NCBI GenBank assembly: GCA_905178155.1
Contig: CAJINV010000020.1
Location: forward strand, 992,001-1,056,000
DNA: 64,000 nt
From: Amoebophrya sp. A120
Lineage: Eukaryota > Protista > Dinoflagellata
Reading direction: 5' to 3'
The translations under genes were made by a program, and so were the position numbers. Below are positions 49,601 through 59,700 of this stretch, in pieces; position 1 is the first letter of the stretch, and each line of letters opens with the position of its first letter. The notes beneath the pieces are model-generated. The model saw nothing but the letters and a program-made list of their open reading frames with translations. It ran no database searches and was not told where the DNA came from.

Positions 49601-52600
49601 ACCACGCGGCCACCTCCTCCCACAACCGGGGGCGACCCTGGTGGCGGGCTCGGGCTTGGGATTTTCTTTCGGATTTTCCGAATTGTGGGTGTGTGGCCTG
49701 GTGAAACGAGACCGCTCAAGTAGCTGCTCGTCGCTGGCGACGGAGTTGGAACGTCCTGCGCTGGGGGCGACGCACTCTTCACGGGCACAACGTTCGCGCC
49801 GCCGCGAGGATTAGATCTAGTACTGCTGCTGTGGTTCTTGTTTCCGTTATGATGACCTCCATTTCCATCGCCCCCGGTAGAAGCCGCCGCCGCTGCTAGA
49901 GCGGAGGAGACGCGACTTTTTCTGGTCGCAGTGCTGGTCGAAGGCTTGGTTGAGGCGACGGAAGAGGTATGAAAACCCGAGGTTGTACAGCTGGTTCCCC
50001 GTGGCTCACCGTGTGGGTAAAACAGGATTTGCAGCGGCCCCGGCACGCCCTCCAGGTAAAATTTTTCCGAAGTCAGCTGGATTTGCGTTCTGTTCACCAA
50101 CGTAGTTGTGCTGGACGCGTAGTTGTTTGTTGCGGGAGCGCCGGATGATCCTCTCGCACCACGTCCTCTAGCAGATGATGAGGACGCTGTTTGTTCCACA
50201 TGATCCTTCGTCGCATGATAGTTGAAGTAGTCCGGTCGGAGCCACAGGTGCCACGTAGCGCGGTTGCCGCCGATGGAGGGCAACGGGGCGTAATCAACGG
50301 ATAGAGCTGTGGTTGGTCCTGGCGTAGTTGTGCCTGCTTTTTGACGATCTCTAGAGGCAGCTTGTTTATCTTCCAACTCCGCGAGGGCTGTCGCAAGTTT
50401 TTCTTGGAGGAGGAGTTGTTTATTACTCTGCTCCTGCGTAGCTGCACCTGCGTCCCATCCTACATTTTCAGCCTCGTCAACATCCTTGTTCACAAAATCA
50501 CGGTCCATCGTATGGTGCTTCTCATCCGCAGAGAGGTTCTTGGACAACCACCTTGCTCCAACTCCATCTCCCCCCAACACACCACAACTACAGATGCGCT
50601 TGACGTTCTCCGCGTGGGCGAGAAAGGCTGCAAGGGTCTTCTCCACGTCGTGCTTGTTCCCCCGCCTACTACACAACTCCAGGTCCCGCCAGAGCCACGA
50701 GTCCACGACCAAAGGTTGGGGAAACGCGGCCAGCAAGGACACACTCACAAACGCGGCCTGCCGAAACAGCGGAAATGTGTCGTTTTTCGTGCAGATTTCA
50801 CTATTGAAACTCAGCAGCTTCACCACGGTCGTGGTATGCTGCTGCCGGGACGTAGATCGCGACTTCTTTCTCCTCTTCTTCACTGCGTGCTGACCTTTAA
50901 TATCAACATTTGGTGGCGCATCAGCATGATGCTGATCGTCATCTTTATTATCGTCTCCTCCTTCCACTTCATCACCTGGATCATCATCGTCGACCTCGGT
51001 AGAAGCACCCCTGCCGGCAGCTATTCGCTTTTTGAGGTCCTTCAGCCGTTTTTCTGCCGCCTTCACGGCTGCGGCTGCTGCTGCAACCTGGCCGTGGTCA
51101 TCTGGAGCGCTGCCGAGACGAGGGTCTTCCCCTTCTGCGGACGATGAGGAGCTTGACGAGGAAGATGTTCCAGTGACTGGCGCAGAAGAGGTTTTGTTGC
51201 CTTCTAAGAGGTGGTCAGACGCACAACTAGAATCCTCCTCAGAAGGGTCGTCATTTATTTCGGCCGCTGTTCCAAACGTTTCAGAACTACCTTCTTGGTC
51301 GTCGTGGTCGTTCTTCAAGAAGTTCTTGTCATCTTGCGCTTCTAGTTGATGGCGGCCTGTAGCTCTACTCCTCGTAGTCGTACCTGTTTCAACATCTTGA
51401 CCTCGTTCGGCTGGTAGTTCTGAGTAGAGGCAAATTTCAAACACTCCGTTGCCGGACACGCCGAAACTGCCTAGTGTGCCGGTTGTGGTTCGCAAATACC
51501 GGACCAGATGCTTTTTTCTCTGCAGAAGCTCCCACGAGTTGTTGTCTACCGGGAGGTCGGCTGTACTAGAAGTCGTAGTTGTACTCTTGCTGTTGTTCGT
51601 GTTCGTCCTACGCCGCCTTTGTTGACTTTGATGTTGTTCAGCTTCTCTTCTTGTACTAGAAGTGCTCTTCTTTTGAACCTGCACAGGCAGAGCCGCGGTA
51701 CTACTAGCAGCATCCGTCGACAAGGGCGACGCACTACCCTGCTGCAAAGGCGACGGCCCTGGTGCGTCAGTGAAGAGTAGATCTTGGCTAATATTCACAG
51801 CGCCGCTTCTCGTCCCTGGCCCGGTTTTAGCGAGCAAATCGTCTAGCCTGTCGATCTCGGAGGGGATGTCGTAGTTGATTTTGTAGTAAAAGCAGCGCCG
51901 CTCCGCGTCATAGCTGATGAACTCGAGCCGTTTATTTTTGTTGGACAAAGACGAGCCGTTGGCGTTGGGTTCTGTAGTTGCGTCATCTTTCATCTTGCCG
52001 AAAAACAGGTCACCGGCTGTTGCTCCGTCTTCCGCTGGAGGGTCTACTTGCGCCAGTACGGCGGGGCCGCCGTGCTCCTCCTGCTGATCTGGTTGGAAAT
52101 TTCCAGAACCACGATGATTTGAGCGATTCCTGTCGTGACCTTTCGACTTCTTTCCCCCGCTCTTCGCAGTTGATGATTGGTGATAATCATTCGTCGGAGG
52201 AGGTGCAGATGATTGGCTTGGAAAGATCAAAGTGCGTTCCTCGAAGCCTCCACGTCTATTTTTCCTGTTGTAGTTTGATGTGTCTGGTCCCCCTCGTCGT
52301 CCTGGCACTGTCGGTGAGTAAACGTCTACTTTTGCAGCTGAAGGCGATGGCGAGTGAGAGTCAACTACACCGTCGTGGTAAAGATCGTCCTCGTCATCCT
52401 CCTTATCCGGTGACTCCATGATATCGAGGTTGAGCTCCACCTGGTTATGGTTCATGCGATTGCTAGACGCTGCAGTGCTTGCCCCGTAGAATGTCGTCGA
52501 CGAAGATGAAAAGTTATCGACGTACTTCATTTTATTTCCAGCACCTCCGCCTGCTTGTGCCTGCTTGTGTCCTGATGTTGTTGAACGTTGTTGGGTAAAA

Positions 52601-54651
52601 ATATTGGACCGAGCGGGCCCTGCATGAGAACTACCGTCAAGGAAAGCGTTGTCCTGTTTGTTTGATGCGGTTGTAGAACTAGAAACTGCGACGTTGCTCT
52701 TCGATCCACCTCCACTGCTATTGTTCCTTTTCGCCTCCCCGGTATTGTTGTTCGCTGGAGATGACCATCCCTGCTTGTAGTGCTCGCTCCATCCCGGGTG
52801 CCACGTGATATTCGAGGCTGTTCTCCCCCGGGGATGCGGCGCCACCGGGGAAGTCCAGGCGACCGTCGGATCAAAATGCTCGTGGTCCCAGTTCGAGTTG
52901 GCCACCTGTTCCCGCTGCAGGTAATTCTCGAACGCGTTTTCCTGCGCGAAGTACTTCTTATTCTCGTAGTTGTTATCGGCACCACCAGCCCAGGGCGTAG
53001 CTGTTGTTCCAGGTCGCATGAAGTTGTAGTTTGGGTCGTTGTTCGCATTCTGCGTGCTGGTTTCGCTGTGGCCAGCGCTGCTGGGAAAAGAACCATGTCC
53101 GGAAGTGTACCACCCTGCATTGTAGTAGCTAGAGGAGCCGGGCGGGTCGGCATTCCAAGAATTATAGTGAGGACTAGAAGATGAAATAGCAGTAGCAGCT
53201 CCTTGTTGATGGTGGTTGTAGCTGCGATGCCCCGCCCAACTATCCCACTTACTGGGTGCACCAGCTCCAGTACCATTGTTCTTGGAATGATAACTATTGT
53301 AGTTCTGTTGCCCGTTCTTGTTCCAGGGAAATGCATGATACCCTGCTGGTCCACCACCACTAGGTGGCGCGTGTTGGTAGTGCGGCGAGAAAGCTGCTCC
53401 ACTGTTGTTGCCCCCTTTCTGCGGATGCCACGCCCAGAAGCTTTTTTGGTGCTGCCCGCCACCCACACCGGCACCCCAAGAGCCGCCCTTCGGCGAAAAA
53501 GCAGCGGCTGTCCCTGCTGGTCCCCATAGATTGTCCCCGCCGAATGGCGCAGGTGGCTGCTGATTCTTTCCACCAGGCGCTCCTGACTTGCTACTTGGGT
53601 GGAAAAAACCACCTCCGGTCGAGCCGCCTTTTAACATTTTCCCCCCTACTTGCACTGCGTTGTAAAAGTGCTGCTGCTCCATCAGCTGCGGGGGTGCCGG
53701 ATAAAATCCGTGAGCAGGACTGTAGTAGTCAAGTTGCTTATTTCCTCCCTTTTTGCTTTTCATGTTCATCCCTTTGACGTGCGACATCTGTGTTGGTGCG
53801 CCAGGAGCACTGCTGGTGAAGACATGCGTTGGAGCAGGAGGTTGTATGGCCATCGGCTGCGAGGAGATCTGATTTTTCCCGTGGGTCGGGGTTGGCTCCG
53901 GTGCGGCCCAGGTGCCGGCATGCGGTCGAGAAGATGTAGTAGACTCGAAGTTGTTTTTATGCTGTACTAGGTGAGCAGATCCTGGTGGACCTCCACTTCC
54001 AACTTGACCCTCAAGTTGGCCTTTTGCAGTTGTGCCGACGCCCCCATGTGGTGGTCCGCCTCCACTCTTCATCGGCTTGCCGCCCTTTCGAGGACCTGGT
54101 GGACCTCCTCCGTAAATAAGAGCGACGCCTGGATGTCCTACTTCATGGTAGCCATCTCCTGAATGTTGATGCACACCAGCTGGTCCTTCCACCTGGTGCT
54201 GGTAATTGTGTATTCCTTGCTGGGCTGCAGCTTCGTGCCCACCAACTTCCTCTTCTACTCGCTCCGCGGCCTTCCGCATTTTCCTGCCGTGCCCTCGCGG
54301 GAAGTGGTGCGGCTTCATCCCAGCAGCACCTCCCGACGGTGAGCTGCCTCCGTACTGGTAGTTTGCAAGCATGGCACTCCCTTCCGCCCGTTGTGCAGCT
54401 GGAATGAAGCTCCCGCCCTTGGAGGATGAATTATGCGCCGCCACGCTTTGATGATAAAACGACCCGTCCACGGCCACGTGCGTCGGTGCAGATTGCGTGC
54501 GGAAATGCGGTGCAGCTCCGTTGTAGCTCTGGTCAACATGATTCCCATTCGTTCCGCTGGTCGTGTCGTGCTCAGGAAAATTATCATGCTGCACAGCAGT
54601 ACCTACATCTGCGAAACCGGAACCGCTACTCCCACCTGTCTCGTCGTACAC
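43656..54651 (-). CDS. Very large protein: low-complexity N-terminus, two MATH/TRAF-like domains, C-terminal ATP-grasp ligase domain
   Basis: The 2027-codon ORF continues across 3 elements as IRSEPFKVGDYELQLFLYPHGSGTDPEYVSLFLK...WGYPTFCPRSFLANYFFLEKEN, in frame into MEATKAACW (ORF 46664-47863). It then shows ATP-grasp motifs YPVVLKIPYSDSSCGVVVV, EPLLVGDEYVVNLVS and GASHLELI...LIELNARLAG, with TGA at 43656-43658. GT-AG intron at 44327-44548; two other introns and the true start are not resolved. Confidence 0.7.
43694..43864. mobile_element. Introner family B
   Basis: TSD CCCAG/CCCAG. Confidence 0.9.
45012..45333. mobile_element. Introner family D
   Basis: TSD CGCAC/CGCAC; excision gives NLVSC-EGVHV. 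Confidence 0.92.
46389..46671. mobile_element. Introner family P (TIR TATN2TGAGTN4ACGTCCCCGCCCCA)
   Basis: TSD CGTCG/CGTCG; excision gives TTGDD-ELLYL. Confidence 0.88.
47904..48082. mobile_element. Introner family B (divergent)
   Basis: TSD AGCTC/AGCTC; excision joins the MATH region to the ATP-grasp region. Confidence 0.85.
48153..48395. mobile_element. Introner family E
   Basis: ~39-bp TIR; TSD CCGAT/CCGAT. Confidence 0.93.
48487..48636. mobile_element. Introner family B
   Basis: TSD GGACC/GGACC; can be read as GT-AG. Confidence 0.92.
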
Positions 54652-56734
54652 ATTCTCGGGTAATGCTGGGGTGCCTGCGTGTTATGTGAAATTTTGAGTA
54701 GAATCGTTTCACTCATTGTTCCTGTCGAGACGGTTGATACACCGGCCCTGGCTCTTGCGCCCTTTCTGAGGAGCCGCGGAAAAGACGACAGCAAGTGTAG
54801 CTTATCTTTATTTTCATCTTCTACAACAACTAGAACGATACGAAGAAGTTCTTGTAGCCAATGCGAGGAAACCTCAATCTCAACCTAGAGTGTGTTGAGG
54901 AAGAAAATCGTTTTCTATACCACTGGCAGCTCTACTTCCAGAAGCTGCTCCGAGGAGGACCCCGTGACTTGTCGTCTGCTGTTCGTGAATGTGGTACTTC
55001 AGGCGCGCTTCGATGCCGACCTCCTCAAAGCGCAGAATCTCGTCCTCGGCCACAAGGGAAAGCAGCCGCTCCGCCTCGCGCAGGAGAGAGCGGTCCAACA
55101 ACATTGACGACGGTGGCGGCGGCTGCTCCATCATCATCACGCGCAGGACGACGCCGGCAGTGACAATGAGCGGTAGAAGAAGTAGTGGCGGCGACGAAGT
55201 AGAAGAACTCCTTCTACATCAAGAGTTGAGGTCGAGAAACCTTCTCCTACCAGAGAACGAATTTTGCCACCAAACGCAAACGTCGAGGTGGGCCACCAGC
55301 GCCGCTCCACGTCGATTTGCAGCCTCCAGGACGACCTTCGTGTACAACTGATGGTCCTCTCTTCGGTGGACGTCGAGTGTGCTAGGATGTCGTAGTTGGA
55401 GAGGACTGTCGCCGCACTAGTACCTCCTGTACCAGCGGTCGTTCCATGTTGCAGCTATTAGTGGTCCTCTTCCTCGCGAAGGAGTACTACCGGGGAAAGG
55501 CGCGTCAAGGAAAAAAGGTTGGTTCTCCTACAACTACGCTGTCGGCTGTCCCCGGTGGTGTGGTCTACCTGCTCGGTCTGCGACAGCTCCAGCTTGTATC
55601 GCGCTCCTGCATGACGAACAAGCTAAAGAACGCTAGACCAATCGCGATAGCTATCGCAGGAGGTGGTCAGGTCACTAGACAAGTTTCATCTTCCTCTGCG
55701 TCTCCTATCGTCAAAAGAACAATAAACGATTTTTTGTCCTGCTTTCTAAAAATACCGCTGTTGTAGCCTTATTCGCGACACTCGGCGGGGGTTTTTCTTT
55801 CTACATTGTTCATCCGACTTCAGACACGACGGCTGCACAAAAAAAATATCACCTCGAGCAAGCCCATGCATACCGTCTCTCCTCAGTTAAAATGAACAAA
55901 CAATAACGACACAAGCGAGATTGAAACTCGACGAAAACCACCACCGACAATCCTCGCCCGAGCCTCTTCTACCTGACAGAAAGACGACGCAACTCTCTTT
56001 ATTACCTCGCAGGAGAGCGTCAACGGGCCACGACAAGCAAAATCCAATTGAACTCTCCTCGAACTTCTTCACTCGTGCGGTAGTGGAAAACTACAGCTCT
56101 AGGTTCATTCTGTTGCTCTCCGACAAGACGAGCTACTACTTCTACGCACGCACGACATACAGAAAAGGCGAACAAGATTTGATCAACGCCTTTTTGTCAT
56201 TACCGCAGGCATCAAATTTCATTTGAGCGGAAGTCGTTCCTTTGCATGCGCCGTAGCATGTCGCATTCGCAAAATGTTCATCTTCATTTTCCGTTCATAT
56301 CAATCGATTAAACTCGTCACAACTCCTTGGATGATTATGTTTGGCAGACTTCCAGCATTGATGTTAGTCTCTCGTCTTATCGAACTACCATTACAAAGGC
56401 TGTTCTTTTCATTTTGTTTTTTCGGTCGCAACCGCGGAAGTGCCAAGATCATGCGGACGGGGACACTCAATTACCAAGTCGTATTGTAGCATTTGAATCT
56501 TTATTTCCAAAGGAGCTGCCGCTGCGTACTATCGACAACTTTATGTTGATGCTCTACAGTTGGAACTACAATTACGTGCCAAGAACGACGACCAAAAGTT
56601 GTTTCTCGAAGCTTCAGCTTCGTCCCTTGCTTTCTTCATTTTAGTATGATTTCATTCGTATGATAATCTATCGTCAAACTTCGTTCCTGTGCCTGTCTGG
56701 CACTCTCGGAACAAGCATCTTTAAACTACATGAG

Positions 56735-59700
56735 TCACTGCATCCTGGTCATCTCTACTGGCACTTCTACTCGGGAAACCACCCGCTCCGTCTCCATCTG
56801 CATGTACTGAATCACGTACTCGGCTACCTTGATCAGTTCGTAAGGCCCAAAATGCTATCAAGTGTAAAAATGTCTGGGTCTGGAAACTTGTGATGCTGGG
56901 TGGCGTCTCATGATGAGGCCACAAGTGCTGGCTCAGCATGACAAGTTGAAGTTTCTGAGCTTCTAGGTGTGACATGACAAACTGCGTTTCTGCATCACAG
57001 AAAAGTGGAGCTCTTGGGTAACGTGCATGACAGATTTAAGAGTCATGCCAGACAAGCATGACAAACATGCTTTCTTCCAGACCGAGACATTTTTGCATTT
57101 GATAAGTGCCGGATCGCCTCCTCAATCACCGCAGTCGGGGCGTCGTGGCAGTTGCACTCCACCAGGTCCACTTTTACCAGCTGGATCAAATGCTGGAGCT
57201 GGTCATCAGTCAATTCTGGGCAGTTTTCCAGGTTCGGGGTCAAGATCGGGGACGGGGTTAGCACGGGAGATGGGGTGGACTCGGCTGTTGAAGGTTTTTT
57301 TTTTGTTCGTTCAAACAAGAGAAATGATAATGAAGACTACACTAAAGTAACTATTATGCAGGTGCCAATGCCCATACTGTATGGTCTTCGTCCATTCACG
57401 GACCGATGGATGCCTACAGCGGCCCCCGCCCCCCGAAGGGGGGTGGGGTCGCCGTTTGGTGGTGCGCGAGCACACACCCGAACGCTGAAACGCACCGAGA
57501 GCGTCCTTCAGAAGTGGCGGGGCGGGCAGTGGGCCTCACCCCTAGAGCACACATAGCCTTCGGCTCTGATGTGAGCTAGACTATACTCTTGGAAGGGCGG
57601 TGGTACGTTGTCGTAAGGATGCATGCACACGTGCCGTGGCAAGACAAAGACCGTACAGAGAGACTCCTGACGCCTCACTGGAGGCCATGACAGGTCTGGC
57701 CCTAGAGAGGGTCAGAGTCAGGGTGGGCAGAAAAAGACCAAGAGAATAGGGAAAGGAGGCCTGTACGGCATCCCTCCCGGCGTGACGACGGTCATGCCAA
57801 TCTCAGTCACCTGCGGCCGCGTAAGGTTCTCGACCGACTCGCCGCCTCCAGCGGCTGAGCCACACAGTATGTCCAACCAATTCGTCGAGACCGCTTGCGC
57901 GCGTAAACATCCATCAGACCAAACAGCATGGGCGGCACCTCAGTCTAGTTACCCAGTCCTAAAAACTACAGCTTTCGATTGTTGAAAGAGGTCAAAAAAT
58001 TAATAGCGCATCCGCGTCAAGAACGAAAGGAAGTAGTCATCATCCAATCAAAATCAAGAAGATCACGCAAGGAGAGTGCGTGTTTTGTATACTTACCCGT
58101 GTTCTTGCCTGACTGTGTCGCGAAATGCGCAGTTGCAAGCGCCGACCCTGACTCGTTTGTTCCGTTTGTGCGCGTAGTGACAGGATGACAATTTGTTCCT
58201 CCAGTGACAGCTCCGCCACTCTCGCCGTGCATTCTTCCGGTTGAAGATGGGTCAGGCAAAGAGAGTTCTGGTGTGCTCGCTCCGTCGGCGGCGCTGCTGG
58301 TATCGTATATGTCGGCCCACCTCGTCGACGTTCTTGACGTTTGTCCGCCGACTACGGTCACTTCACCGACGTTCCGCATTCCTTGTTGTCCACCTGCCCG
58401 GCCGCCACGACTGGGAGTGGGAGAGAGAGGAGCACCCTGGTTGATGACCGTGGGCTGAATGATCGAGGGGTCAGGCGGGGGGCTGCGGGTGGGACGGGAG
58501 GTGGAGGAAGAGGAGGGCGCAGCACCGTTGGAGGAAGTCGTGGAGACCTGTCGTGTTTTATTATTACGAAAAGGATTTTATTGTTCCCACGAAGATGAGT
58601 TGAGCTCGATCACGGTCTTGACAAACGAAAATAACCGCAGATCTTTCAGTTTCCATGCGCAAAGCGTGACAAACAAGAATTACGCGTTGTACATTTGCCG
58701 AAGTCCCGCTGTTTATCCTCCCCTTTGCGGCCGTAGGGACGACGATACCAGCGCCAAACTCTTTTTTGTTCCGCACTTCGCCAAGTGCAACCGGGCTTTT
58801 GTGATCCCAGTCGTCCTTTATCTTTTCGTTTGTTTCACCACCAGCAGCTGTAGAAGTAGCCCCACGTCCCGCAACATCCTTTTTCCGATTGTCCCTTGAG
58901 TTGGGCTGAAAGACGACGCTGACCTCCGGTGTGGGAAAAGCCGGCGGCCTCGGTTGGATGTCGATTCCCGAGTCCTTCGTCCTGCTTGACACCGTCAGCT
59001 TCCTCGGTCGCATCCAGGACTCCATCGAGGTCAGAACGCCGAAAGGCGGGCGGGTGTAGCTCCGTGGGGCTGTGATCATGGAGGTGGACGAGCTTGCGGG
59101 CGAGGGTATAGGAGTTTGGTACAACGCGGAAAGAGAACTACTAGAGCCGGCGGTCGTGCTTGGGGAGGGGATGGGGAGATGAACTTGAACGCCAGATGCA
59201 CCTCTACTTCCACCGGGGGAAGATGAGGAGCAGGAAATTTGTGCAGCAGCAGCTGCACCGGCACTATAATCCACCACTAGGCGTTCTTTCACGCCAGTCG
59301 GCAAGTCTTCGTCTTTCATTTTGTACTCGTACTGGTCCTTCAATTTGAACAGAATCACCATCGGGATGTCTTGCGGCAAGTATTACAATGAAAAATGCCC
59401 CCACTCCCGAACTTGGGAGCATTTGTATTGCAAACCTTTCCAAGTGAAACACTCGCCCTCTTGCATCTATCAGCATCACAGGTTTCCACTCGTGAATAGC
59501 AAAAATTTGCATTGCAAAAGACCCCAGCAGGAGCGGCGCTTGTCATGCAAGCGATGCGATACACGCCTAGACTCTGGTGCATCAGAAAGATTCATACTCC
59601 TTTCATGCATGACAAAAAATTTTCATTTGGAAATGTTGCATTACAAGTTTTTGCAATTTCAGGGGTAGGGGGCATTTTTCACTGTAATAGCAAGACCTGC

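Noticed and set aside
54880-55140. 86-aa minus-strand ORF (MMMMEQPPPP...) upstream of the MATH gene
   Set aside because: It could be a 5' exon, but I could not establish splice junctions or any motif, so it is not called.
56087-56098. AAAACTACAGCT matching the right flank of the 57.9-kb insertion as a possible TSD
   Set aside because: It would enclose two coding exons of the LRR gene; most likely coincidence.
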